Positions 50,779-62,467 of a stretch of DNA of 64,000 nt are shown here, piece by piece. The notes below the pieces were generated by a model. It saw only the letters and a program-made list of their open reading frames with translations. It was not told the origin of the DNA and ran no database searches. The position numbers and the translations under genes were made by a program. The DNA lies in assembly GCA_046563655.1 (NCBI GenBank), contig CM102285.1, positions 2,046,001-2,110,000 on the forward strand, in the 5' to 3' direction. The DNA is from Yuukianura sp. NJ FZ-2021. Taxonomy: Eukaryota. Numbering within the stretch: the first letter of the stretch is position 1; each line of letters opens with the position of its first letter.

Positions 50779-53193
50779 ATGGAAGCAAAATCAACCGATC
50801 ACGCACTTTTTTCAAAGTCTACAGCCGAAAGCACTTGGCCACTTCCACGTTTCTACACTGAGTCATGGACTTTACCTCCTCCACTATTAGAAAACTCTAA
50901 TACGCATACTCGGTCCACCGACGCAGACAAATCTACGTGGTTAATTTTCACGCCGCGCACGACTCGAATTCTAGCTGAAACCGTTGGACAATGGCTCAAA
51001 AAAGAAATTGCAGCGGAAGTTGTAATGGTTGCAGCAGAAGCAAAAGCTAACTTCACATTGGTGGCAAGTGATGTGACCCTTGACCCTCAGGATTTGACCC
51101 ACCATGAACTTCTAGCAAAGGAGTTCCCTTCAAACGCAGGGGTCATTAGCCTATGGGGCGTTTGCGACGATGGAGACAATGTTGTGGGCTGTTTGCAAAA
51201 TAAGGACACGGGGAATCTGATCGGTGGATTTTTGAATACACTCAAATTCGTTTCTTCGTTCACAAAAACCAAGAAATTTATGGCTGTGACGAAGGGGTCC
51301 CATTGGGATGCAGGGGGACCCTTGGCCTCTAATTTCACCGCAGCTCTTCTCCAAGGGACACTTAAAGCCTTTGTCTCAGAATACCCTAATATAGACGTCA
51401 TTGGAGTAGACTTGGATCCAATTGAAACCTTGGACATTACTGCACTTGCGCAGCAAATAGTTTCTCAGCTTGGTTACGCCGGCGTAGAGCGGCAAATAGC
51501 GATTCGTCGAGGAGTGTCTTCATGCCCACGTTTAGTTCCGTTGGACGTGTCGTTCCCGCCACCGGAATTCAAAACTCCTTCGTTCCCATTTGCACTCAAG
51601 CCAGTTGGAGCTGGGAATCAAAAGTTGTACAAACCGGTACGGCTGATGCCAGTCGATTCGAACAAAACCGTTATCAAAGTTCACTCTATTTCACCAAATT
51701 TCTTAGAAGTTGCAATCCATCGTGAAACTCTCGGGCCGGAAACAGGTACATGCGGTTCTGATTTTGCCGGGATCATTGAAAAAACCGGAGTCGAATGTCG
51801 GTTTGCTCAGGGTGACCGTGTTTGCGGAGCGTTCCATCGATATGGCCTCATTGGAAACTATGTAACGTTGGATAACGCAGGATTTGTTTACAAGATTCCT
51901 TCTTGGATGAGCTACGACGAAGCTTCAACGCTGGGTATTCCACTTGGTACGGCCTACTTTGGTGTTTTTGTGGCGGGAAAACTAAAACAAGGTGACCATA
52001 TTTTGATTCACACTGCATCGGGCGGTTTCGGTCTCGCTGTCATGCAAATTGCAAAGCACGTTGGAGCTACTGTGTACGCTACTGCTGGAAGTGAAAAAAA
52101 GCGAAACTATTTGCGTGAAGTAGTTGGCGTCAAATATGTTTACAACTCACGTGACACAAATTTTGAGCGGGAAATTCTGGACCTGACTGGAGGTGAAGGG
52201 ATTGATCTCGTTGTGAATACAATTACATCAGAAGGCTTCAAAGAAGCCAGTTTGAACCTTGTAAGAAGAAATAGTGGCGGGAGATTTTTAGAAATGGGCA
52301 AAATTAATACTTGGACACACGAGGAAGTGCACAGGATAAGACCGGATGTGGAGTACAAAATCTACGATTTATATGCTGACCGCTACGCAGATACAACTCC
52401 GATTGAGCAATTGCTGCACTCTGGAGCTATTCGTGGAATGCCGTACAAACACAAGCCGATTGACCAATTGGCGTCAACTTTAAATGAATTTCGTGACAGC
52501 AAGCATATTGGCAAATTTGTGCTGCAAATGAGCCAAAAAGTGAGACTATTTCATGCTGAGAGTTCATACTTGGTCAGTGGAGCTCTAGACGACTTGGGAT
52601 TGGCTGTTGCTGGGTGGCTGCTGGAACAAGGAGCGGGAAAAATAATTTTGAACTCCCGGAGTGAGCCAAGCGATTCCGAAATTTTGAAAAAATTAGAGCA
52701 GTTTGGTGATTTGGTGGTCGTGATTTCAGCAGAAATCGATGAAAAGGAAGATGCTAAGCGTCTTTTTCAAAAAATTAAGAAGGAACTTCCTCCGCTCAAA
52801 GGCGTTTTCCATTTGGTGGGAATTTCTAAAAATCAACCCATCTCAGAATTGTGTTTGGACAATTTTGAGGAAACGTTGCATAGGAACGTAGACGGTACTT
52901 GGAATTTGCACAAAGAAAGTCTGACCTTTGACCTCGACCATTTTGTACTCATCAGCACCACAGCAAGGAACGCAGATTTTGCTGGCCAAGCAGACAACAG
53001 TGCGATTGCAAGTTTTCTGAATACTTTTGTCAAGTATCGTCAGCATCACTTAGGCCTTCCCGCAACTGGGATGAACTTTGAATCTGCCGCTGCGAAAAAT
53101 AGTCTCGACTCTGCCAGCTTATGCTGTAAAATGCATACACTTGAAAGAGTCATGCGCCTTGGTCGGAATCAAGCAGTAATCAGGGAAGGCTAA
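50779..53193 (+). CDS. Stand-alone type I PKS fragment (KR-structural/ER/KR), intronless CDS, copy 1
   Basis: ER motifs GSDFAG, LIHTASGGFGLA, YATAGS, GGRFLEMGK, HIGKFVL; KR-like LPPLKGVFHLVG, GTWNLH, LDHFVL; no KS, AT or ACP. Start placed at ATG 50779 after a likely 5'UTR intron. Confidence 0.88.
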   Translation: MEAKSTDHALFSKSTAESTWPLPRFYTESWTLPPPLLENSNTHTRSTDADKSTWLIFTPRTTRILAETVGQWLKKEIAAEVVMVAAEAKANFTLVASDVTLDPQDLTHHELLAKEFPSNAGVISLWGVCDDGDNVVGCLQNKDTGNLIGGFLNTLKFVSSFTKTKKFMAVTKGSHWDAGGPLASNFTAALLQGTLKAFVSEYPNIDVIGVDLDPIETLDITALAQQIVSQLGYAGVERQIAIRRGVSSCPRLVPLDVSFPPPEFKTPSFPFALKPVGAGNQKLYKPVRLMPVDSNKTVIKVHSISPNFLEVAIHRETLGPETGTCGSDFAGIIEKTGVECRFAQGDRVCGAFHRYGLIGNYVTLDNAGFVYKIPSWMSYDEASTLGIPLGTAYFGVFVAGKLKQGDHILIHTASGGFGLAVMQIAKHVGATVYATAGSEKKRNYLREVVGVKYVYNSRDTNFEREILDLTGGEGIDLVVNTITSEGFKEASLNLVRRNSGGRFLEMGKINTWTHEEVHRIRPDVEYKIYDLYADRYADTTPIEQLLHSGAIRGMPYKHKPIDQLASTLNEFRDSKHIGKFVLQMSQKVRLFHAESSYLVSGALDDLGLAVAGWLLEQGAGKIILNSRSEPSDSEILKKLEQFGDLVVVISAEIDEKEDAKRLFQKIKKELPPLKGVFHLVGISKNQPISELCLDNFEETLHRNVDGTWNLHKESLTFDLDHFVLISTTARNADFAGQADNSAIASFLNTFVKYRQHHLGLPATGMNFESAAAKNSLDSASLCCKMHTLERVMRLGRNQAVIREG

Positions 53194-53937
53194 CCTTATC
53201 TTTAGTGAGCATCTCAAAGATATGATCATATTTTACAGCAGTTCAGAAACAATAAACCAAAACAATGAATGATTTTGATGAAAAAAAATTGAAATTATGC
53301 AAAATTAATTTTTAACACAGTGGAAGGCACAGCAAAGTTTTCCAAACCTCCATGAAATTTACTATTTGCATCTTAACGACTTAATAATAGACTGTTTTAA
53401 AAAATCAAGTATTCAAGGTTTTTCAAATTCCTGCATCACTCGTTAAGACAAAAAAAATTAATTTGTCACAAGAAGTCTGACATTGCGTAGGTTGGTTGTA
53501 TTGCTTTTGAAGCAATGGCAATTATTTCGAAAGTTTCTATTTTTTTTAATGATTTCATGTTAATGCACGTTTTTTTTTAGCAAATATAGTCATCTGCTTC
53601 ATGAGACAAATTTCTACGAGACTCAATTAAATTACGAGGTCACACACTGCAGTTCCTGCATTTTTCCGGTTTTTTGATTGTGTTTTCAGATGGTAATACG
53701 ACTCTAGGCAAAGTAACCGCGAATTTGCCGTAATATTACAGGTTTGCTGAGGTAACAAAATTTAATCATCAATGTCTCTCTGAATTCCTCTGCCATGAAA
53801 AGGTGAAACCCAAAAAAAAATTGACAATCTTCGGTTAGGTGTGAAGCAAAGCTGCGTTGAGTAAGTCGCAGGCAAACGGAAAGAATTTATTAGTTGGCTA
53901 GATTTTGAAAAATAGTTCAATCTGACTTTGCAGAAGA

Positions 53938-56215
53938 ATGGAAACGGAGACAATTCATCGCCAAAAAGAAAACTTGATTTTGCAGGTGAAAACAATTGCA
54001 GGATTAGGGATGGTTGAGCTTTGTTACTTCGCGGCATTGTCTTGTTTGGCGCCATTTTTTACCAAAGAGGCAAAATTGAAAGGTGTGAACATCACCGTCT
54101 CTGGAATTGTTTTCATCGCATCTCCTTTGTTTTTGGTCATCACTTCTTGCTTTCTTGGCACAGCGGTAAGTAAACAATGGAAAATTATCGTTCCTTTGTG
54201 AGAATTTGTAATTTTTTCTTAATTCTTAGATTTTGTGGTTTGGTGCCCGGAGAGTATTTTTTGGAGGAATGCTGATCGTGGGATGTTCAAACATTTGTTT
54301 TGGATTTTTAAATCGAATTGAATCTACTACAGTGTTTGTCGTTTTGTGCATTTTATGCAGAGCAATTGCAGGATTTGGTTCTGTGGCAATTTGTGTCAAA
54401 GTCATTTTTCTTATGAAAGCGTTCCCTGATGATATTAACAAGGCTGTGGTAAAATCACATACTGTAAAAAAAAAACATTATTCTAATTTAGTTTAATTTC
54501 CGAGAAAAAATAATTCAGGGGTTGAGTGAAGCTGTTGCCGGGGCTGGACTTTCTTTGGGTCCAACAATCGGTGGAATTTTGTACGACGTAAGTTTAACAG
54601 CGTCAAAAAACGAAACTGCTTTCCTCATTTTCGAAAAAAAGAACCTTGGATATTTCACTACTCGTTCAGTTTTTTTTATCTTTTTAGTGGGGTGGATTTC
54701 CACTTCCGTTTTGGACCGTCGGAACTGTTGTCTTGTGCCTCATTCCAATCGGCGCTTATTTATTGCCACAAGTTGACTCTGAGTCGGACCAATCGAAACC
54801 AATTTCTGCTTCTGCGCATTGGCAGGAAATTATAAAATCTCCGACGATGTTTCTGAATATTTGGGTAGCATTTATTCTTGCCTGTGCGTGGACTTTTTTA
54901 GATCCAACTCTCGAGCCGCATCTTCGTCACGTAAATTATTTGACTTGGATTTTCCGGTATTATGCAAAATTAAATTGAAATGGAAATTCTATAATGTTGT
55001 TTCGACAGGAATTTGGAATAACGTCGTCTACAACAGGAGGAATATTTTTGATTATGGCCTTCTCCTACAGCCTGTCATGCATATTTCTCGGTTCGATTTC
55101 GCATCACGTAACACGAATGTGGATTTTTGTGTTTGCTGGTTTGTTGGGGTCAGGTTTGGCACTTTTGTCTGTGGATCCTTCCCTATTTGTCTATGACTAC
55201 AGGTAACTTTACCACACAAAAATTACCTAAATAGCAAAATTCGTGCTCAGCGAGCTAATTCGTGAATTTGAGTAAAGAATAATGGCGTCCATATTCCAGC
55301 TAACCAAGCTTTACCCGAAATTGTTGTAAATCATACACAAATTAGTTTGGATTTGTAGGCATCTTTGGACAAAATGCGTTGGGCTTGGGCTGTTCGGAGT
55401 ACTAGAAGGTTTTGCTTTTGTTCCACTTTATAGCCTGATGGTAGACGACTCAATGTGAGCTTTTCTTTTGAATATCCCGCCAAACTTTGCGTCAAAAGTG
55501 GTTGTTTTTTTTATTTTTAACAGCACGAGGGGCTTTCCTCAAAACAAAGTCACTTTTGGAACTCTGTCTGGATTTAGATATTCTGGCTACTCTTTAGGGT
55601 AACCATGCAAACAAATATTTTTTACTGAAATATGTACATGTATAAACGATAACTTGAATAAGCTTAAACTTGTGTTAAATATTAAATTTTGGTTTTTGTT
55701 TTAGAGAAGTCGTTGGACCCAGTCTTGGATCCGCTGTGATGCAGCACTTTGGGTTTCATACAGTTTGCACAATTATTGCAGCGACACTTTTCGTAACAGT
55801 AAGTTCTAGTAATGTTGTTTTCGTAACAGTAAGTTCTAGTAATGTTGTACAGTGTAGTTCAAATAGGATTGGACACAAACAAACTCAGAGTTTTTTTGAT
55901 TTTCATAATTGTGGGGAGTTATGCTGAGTCAAAAGTTGAAAGAAATCGATACAATGTTGATGCTTTGTACATAAGTTTCTCATTTTTGCATTCCCATCCA
56001 GACGAAATTACAAATTTTGACAAAAAATACCATGGAAACGGTTTTAGCATGTCTACTTTTCCGTGGACAACATGTATTTGATATATGTAAAAGTAGTATA
56101 TTCGTACATTTATTTTTTTAAACAGGGAGTCCTAGTTTGCTGTTACTTTACCTATGCGGAAGCAAGAAAAAGCAAAGACTACGCCTACCTAGAATCAACC
56201 AATATAGAACGTTAA
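53938..56215 (+). CDS. MFS transporter, SLC18B1-like, copy 2
   Basis: Same exon structure and motifs as copy 1. Confidence 0.88.
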
Positions 56216-57191
56216 GTAGCTAATTCCTTTGAAATAATTTTTAAAATATTTTAGTAACAACCCAAGTTAAAACCAAGTTAAAACCAAGTTACAACCATAT
56301 CTTATAAAAGTACGGAAATAAAGAAATAAAACGACAAAACATTAATCTATCTTTAAGTTTCATCCAAGTGTTTATAAATTAATGTTCAGATTTTGTGTAC
56401 TTTTCAAAATAAATAATTATTGACATCAAAAAAACTAAACATTCTTTAAAAAAGTTTCCTCGTTTACTTTTTAAACGATACGCTCCTTTTTTATGATTCA
56501 CTAAAAGCGAAATAATTCTGAAAAACATTAAAGTATTGTTGCCTGCGGCAGACTGGTTTTTTTTTCTACTTCAAAACTTGTTTAAAGCGACTGATTTAAA
56601 GCGTATTGTCTGCAGATAGGCCGACACATGAATTTTTCAAGTCCAGGTTTCCGTTTACTGCCTTAATGACCCAGCCTTGTAACTACTCTACAACGTTTCA
56701 GTTTAAAAAACTTGTTTTCAAAAACCTGTTCGAATTTTCCAAGTGGCGGTAGATGCTATTTTAGCGGCGAAACCTACTTCACTTCAAATTTCAGCTTTTT
56801 CAGCAAATCAGACCGCCTAACAACCACTTTCGCTGGTGAGTGGAGAAGCTCACCTGCATCAAAAACACCACAACACTAAAAGTAAAACACTAATAAAACG
56901 AATTTTACCTTAAACTATAGTTACCTTTTAACATTTTTTTCACATTGCCCACGTTAACTATGAATTGCTTCTAATTTAGAAGCAATTCTCCTTGAGAAGT
57001 TCTAAAGGGGAATTGCTTCTAAAAATTGGTGTGTCTAATGTGTTAAAGAATGGGGTTTTTTAAAAGTAATTTTTAGAAACTTCTCAGTTATAAGCAGTTC
57101 ATTTCAAACATCAGCAGGGAACTTTTTTAAGTCGTTAAAATTTTTTTTCATGAAACAGTTACCTTTACTGCCAGTTGGAAACGAAATAATC

Positions 57192-59597
57192 ATGATCGGA
57201 GCAAAATTCAACGCTGACACGTCTTCTTCAAAGTTTGCACCAGAAAGCACTACGCCGCCCCCAGGTATCTACACTGAGTCATGGATTTCATGTGTTCCAC
57301 TTACAGAAAAATTCGCTCATGCCGGTGCAGAAAGATCTACGTGGTTAATTTTCACGCCGCGCACAACTCGAATTCTAGCTGAAGCCGTTGGACAATGCCT
57401 CAAAAAAGAAATTGCCGTGGACGTTGTATCGGTTGTCGCAGAAGCAAAAGCTAACTTCATGTTAACTGCAAGTAATGTGACCCTTGACCCCCATGATTTG
57501 GCCCACCATCAACTTCTAGCCAAGGAATTCCCGACAATCGCAGGGGTCATAAGCCTATGGGGCCTTTGCCACAATGGAGACAATGTGGCGGGCTATTTCG
57601 AAAATGAAGCCACGAGGAATCTGGTTGGTGGATTTTTGAATACACTCAAATTTGTTACTTCCTTCACAAAAACCAAGAAATTTATGACTGTGACGAAGGG
57701 GGCCCTTTGGGGTGCAGGGGGGCCCTTGGCCTCTAATTTCACCGCAGCACTACTCCAAGGGACACTGAAAACGTTTGTAAAAGAATACCCCAATATAGAT
57801 GTCATTGGAGTAGACTTAGACCCGACTGAAACCTTGGACATTACTACGCTTGCGCAGCAAATAGTTTCTCAGCTTGGTTACGCCGGCAAAGAGCGGCAAA
57901 TTGCAATTCATCAAGGCCAGTCTTCATGCCCACGTTTAGTTCCGTTGGACGTGTCGTTCCCGCCACCGGAATTCAAAACTCCTTCGTTTCCATTTGCACT
58001 CAAGCCAGTTGGAGCTGGGAATCAAAAGTTGTACAAACCGGTACGGCTGATGCCGGTCGATCCGAACGAAACCGTTATCAAGGTTCATTCCATTTCACCC
58101 AACTTTTTGCAAGTTGCCATCCACCGTGAACTTCTCTCCCCGGAAACTGCAACTTCTGGTTGCGATTTTGCCGGAGTTATTGAAAAAGTTGGACCGGGAA
58201 GCCGGTTTGCTCAAGGTGACCGTGTTTGTGGAGCGTTCAATCGATTCCGGTTCATTGAAAATTATGTTACACTGAACAATGGAGTCTACATGTACCGGAT
58301 TCCTGATTGGATGAGCTACGACGAAGCTTCAACGCTCGGTATTCCACTTGGTACGGCCTACTTTGGTGTTTTTGTGGCGGGAAAACTGAAACAAGGTGAC
58401 CATATTTTGATTCACACTGCATCGGGGGGTTTCGGTCTCGCTGTGATTCAAATTGCAAAGCACGTTGGAGCTACTGTGTACGCCACTGCTGGAAGTGAAA
58501 AAAAGCGAAACTATTTGCGTGAAGTAGTTGGCGTCAAATATGTTTACAACTCGCGTGACACAAATTTTGAGCGGGAAATTTTGGAAGTGACTGGAGGTGA
58601 AGGGATTGACCTCGTTGTGAACACAATTACATCAGAAGGCTTCAAAGAAGCCAGTTTGAACCTTGTAAGAAGAAATAGTGGCGGCAGATTTTTAGAAATG
58701 AGCAAAATCAATACTTGGACCGTAGAGGAAGTACAAAGTCTCAGACCGGATGTGGAATACGCAATTTACGATTTACATGCTGACCGATTTGTAGATACAA
58801 GTCCAATTGAGGAGTTAGTAGCCGCTGGATTTGTTCGTGGAATGCCTTATCGGGTCAAGCCTATTGACCAATTGGCGGCAACTTTGAATGAATTCGGGGC
58901 CAGCAAGCATATTGGCAAATTTGTGCTGCAAATGAGCCCAAAAGTGAGACTGTTTCACGCTGAGAGTTCATACTTGGTCAGTAGAGCTCTAAATGACTTT
59001 GGATTGGCTGTTGCTGGGTGGCTGCTGGAACAAGGAGCGGGAAAAGTAATTTTGAGCTCCCACAGTGAGCCAAGCGATTCCGAAATTTTGAAAAAATTAG
59101 AGCAGTTTGGTGATTCTGTGGTCGTGATTTCAGCAGAAATCGGTGAAAAGGAAGATGCGAAGCGTCTTTTTCAAAAAATTAAGAACGAACTTCCGCCACT
59201 CAAAGGCGTTTTCCATTTGGTGGGAATTTCTAAAAATCAACCTATTTCTGAATTGTGTTTGGACAATTTTGAAGAAACGTTGCAGAGGAACGTAGCAACA
59301 ACTTGGAATTTACACAAAGAAACTTTGACCTCTGACCTTGACCACTTTGTACTCATCAGCTCCGCAGCAAGTAATGCAGATTTTGCCGACCAAGCAGCCA
59401 CCAGAGCCATTGCGAGTTTTCTGGATACTTTTGCCAAGTATCGTCAGCATCATCTAGGCCTTCCTGCAACTGTGGTGAGCTATGGATCTGCGACTGCACA
59501 AAATAGTCTCGACTCTGCCAGCCCATCATGGAAAATAAATGCCCTTGAAAGAGTCCTGCGCCTTGGTCTGAATCAGGCAATAGTTATGGAAGAGTAA
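57192..59597 (+). CDS. Stand-alone type I PKS fragment (KR-structural/ER/KR), intronless CDS, copy 2
   Basis: Close paralog of 50779-53193; start chosen by alignment (the ORF is open from 57150). Confidence 0.88.
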   Translation: MIGAKFNADTSSSKFAPESTTPPPGIYTESWISCVPLTEKFAHAGAERSTWLIFTPRTTRILAEAVGQCLKKEIAVDVVSVVAEAKANFMLTASNVTLDPHDLAHHQLLAKEFPTIAGVISLWGLCHNGDNVAGYFENEATRNLVGGFLNTLKFVTSFTKTKKFMTVTKGALWGAGGPLASNFTAALLQGTLKTFVKEYPNIDVIGVDLDPTETLDITTLAQQIVSQLGYAGKERQIAIHQGQSSCPRLVPLDVSFPPPEFKTPSFPFALKPVGAGNQKLYKPVRLMPVDPNETVIKVHSISPNFLQVAIHRELLSPETATSGCDFAGVIEKVGPGSRFAQGDRVCGAFNRFRFIENYVTLNNGVYMYRIPDWMSYDEASTLGIPLGTAYFGVFVAGKLKQGDHILIHTASGGFGLAVIQIAKHVGATVYATAGSEKKRNYLREVVGVKYVYNSRDTNFEREILEVTGGEGIDLVVNTITSEGFKEASLNLVRRNSGGRFLEMSKINTWTVEEVQSLRPDVEYAIYDLHADRFVDTSPIEELVAAGFVRGMPYRVKPIDQLAATLNEFGASKHIGKFVLQMSPKVRLFHAESSYLVSRALNDFGLAVAGWLLEQGAGKVILSSHSEPSDSEILKKLEQFGDSVVVISAEIGEKEDAKRLFQKIKNELPPLKGVFHLVGISKNQPISELCLDNFEETLQRNVATTWNLHKETLTSDLDHFVLISSAASNADFADQAATRAIASFLDTFAKYRQHHLGLPATVVSYGSATAQNSLDSASPSWKINALERVLRLGLNQAIVMEE

Positions 59598-60156
59598 AGT
59601 TATATATTCGTGGACTTTTAACTTGCCAAAGTTACGAACATATTTTAATGAAGTAAGAAAACAGGAAAACGAAACAATAATAAACTGGTTTCCAAAAACC
59701 AACGCTTCATGGTTTTTCAAACTCCAATACCACTTATTATAAACATAAGAACTTTAATGATAAACCAGAAAAGTCTTTTATAGTGTAGGTTGATTTGAAT
59801 ACTTTTGAATCAATCGGTATTGAATCCAAGCAATTGTTGAAGGATTTGAACAAAACCACAACATCATAAGTCATCGTGATACATGTATGCGGTCTGAAGT
59901 TCTACGTAAACTGTGTATACAATTACCTAAGTGAGATTTTAGGTAGAGTTGACGCAAGCGTTTTTATAAAAAAAAATTGTTAAAGAAAAAAAAAAGAAAC
60001 TGGTTTCCGTTTTCATTATTCAAAAACTGGTTTCTTGTAGCATATAGACTTGAGCCGTCAAAACCTTAAATTGAAGCTAAAACTCGAAAAAATAACTTTA
60101 GTACTTACCTTTGTGACTAATGCTTGGAATTTATATTTCTTTAGTTTAGATGAAGA

Positions 60157-62208
60157 ATGGAGTCTGTACCAATAACAAACAGAAGAGGAAAACTGAGTGT
60201 CCAAGTGAAAACGGTAATCGGAGTGGGGCTAGTTGAGATTCTATATTTTGTTTCCCACTCTTCGCTGGCGCCATTTTTTATAAAAGAGGCAGAATTCAAA
60301 AATGTGAATATCAGCGTCGCTGGAATTGTCTTCTTTGCTTCTCCTCTACTTCTAGTCATCACATCTCCATTTTTAGGCATAGCAGTAAGTCAGTCGCAAA
60401 TTATACTGCGCATGTGCAGAAAAGAACTAAACGCGGATAACTTAATTCCATTTTTCATTAGGTTTCGTGGATTGGTACACGGAAAATATTTTTCATGGGA
60501 ATGCTGCTACTTGGATTTTCGAACATTTGTTTTGGATTTTTGAATCGAATTGAATCTGGCGGCGCTTTTGTATTTTGGTGCTTTTTGTGTAGAGCAATTG
60601 CAGGAATTGGTACGACAGCGACGGCAATCAAGGTTATTTTTCTTGCCAGAGCTTTCCCTAATGAAATCAACAAAGCTATGGTAAAATTCAAAATTTTTAA
60701 AAAAGGATTTGGATATTTTTCACAAATTTTAAACTTTTCATAATTTATTGATGAATCATTTCAATTCCGATTTTTTTTAATTCAAGGGTTTGAGTGAAGT
60801 TTTCCCGGGGGTAGGAGTTTGTCTAGGGCCGGCAATAGGCGGCATCCTGTATGACGTAAGTTTTTAGCTCCAAAACTTCAATTTTCTTGATGAAACTTTT
60901 TTAACCAACGTAAAATTTGGAAATCTTGAACATTTGAACTCGTTTTTTATTCATCGTTAGTGGGGAGGATTTGGACTTCCGTTTTGGACAATCGGAACGA
61001 TTGTGTTGTGCCTCATTCCAATCAGTAATTGTTTACTGCCAGAAGTGGATTCAAACGCAAACGAGCTGAAAGATACTTTTGCATCTGCAAATTGGTGGGA
61101 AATTATGAACTCTCCAGGAATATTTTTGAATTTGTGGGTAGCCTCTATGTTTGGTTGTGCCTGGACATTTTTGGATCCAATATTAGAACCACACTTACGA
61201 CAGGTAAGTTTGAATTCTATTGGTTTTCGCGCCATTTTTGTAAAAAAAAATTGTATTTTCATAAAATTTGTGTTTGTTTTCTGTGATAGGGAGTTGGAGT
61301 GTCCTCATCTACCATTGGTGGAATATTTTTTGCAATGGCAATTTCATATACCGTGTCCAGTGTCCTTGTAGGTGCAATATCAGATCACGTAAAACAGACA
61401 TGGATCGTCATAGGTGTTGGATGTTATGGCTCCGGACTCGCAATTGTATCTGTCGACCCCACACTATTTGTGAATGATCACACGTAATTGCAAAAAAAAG
61501 AGAGCATTTTTTGGCAATTTATGTTGAAATTGTTTTCAAATCTGTCACAATATTTTTTGTGTAGGCAGCTTTGGGCAAAGGTGATTGGACTTGGGGTGTA
61601 TGGAATGTTCATAGCCGTTGCTCTTGTTCCGGTTTATGGAAACATGGTGAACGATGTAGCGTAAGGTTTACAAAATTTTGAAAGTCCCTCAAATTTTCTG
61701 TAACAAACAATGTTCATTTTGAATTTTGATCAGCGCCAGAGGTATTGTTCTAGACAATGTTACTTACGGAACGCTCTCAGGATTTTGGCTTTCTAGTTAC
61801 GCTATTGGGTAAACACGTATGCTCTATAATAAACACTTAATATAACGAAGTAGGTATGTCTGCATCTCAACTTAACTCAACTGTAGTTTAGTTTGTGTAA
61901 CTGCTAAATACAATATATTTGTACCGCTTATTTAAATAATATTTTAATATTGGCGAATACTTTTTTCTTTTTTTCTTAGAGAAATAGTTGGTCCAAGTTT
62001 TGGCTCGGTTGTGATGGAGCATTTTGGATTTGATGCAGCTTGTACAATTATGGCAGCATCGCTTTTCGTTTTAGTAGGTATCCTAACCTTAATTGTAATT
62101 AAACTAAATTAAAAACTAAATTTTCGTTATTTTTAACAGGGAACTATACTCTGCTGCTATTCTGTAACATCCGACGTAATGAAAAAGAAGGGATACATAT
62201 TTTACTAG
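60157..62208 (+). CDS. MFS transporter, SLC18B1-like, copy 3
   Basis: Same exon structure; FLDPILEPHLR; shorter C-terminal tail. Confidence 0.86.
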
Positions 62209-62246
62209 GATCAATGGGTGAAAGAAGGCAAGGTTTGTTGACTTTG

Positions 62247-62467
62247 ATTTTCTTTAACATGTTGGGTAGTACCTCACGTTTGTTTTTGACTTAGCAAAAA
62301 AAAAAGTTGTTTTCATTTCAATCGTAAACATAACAATATAGCCGAATTTATTAAATTTTGAATACGAATTGGTAGCAACTTTTCAGACAGGTACTAAAAT
62401 TGATACCAATTTTTTTTTTTCGTTTTTTTGTCAACAAGGGAGGTAGTACCCAACCTGTTAAAGAAAA
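62247..62467. repeat. Small inverted-repeat element downstream of MFS copy 3 (related sequence at ~50000-50120)
   Basis: TCTTTAACATGTTGGGTAGTACCTC vs GAGGTAGTACCCAACCTGTTAAAGA (25 bp, 2 mismatches). Confidence 0.5.
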
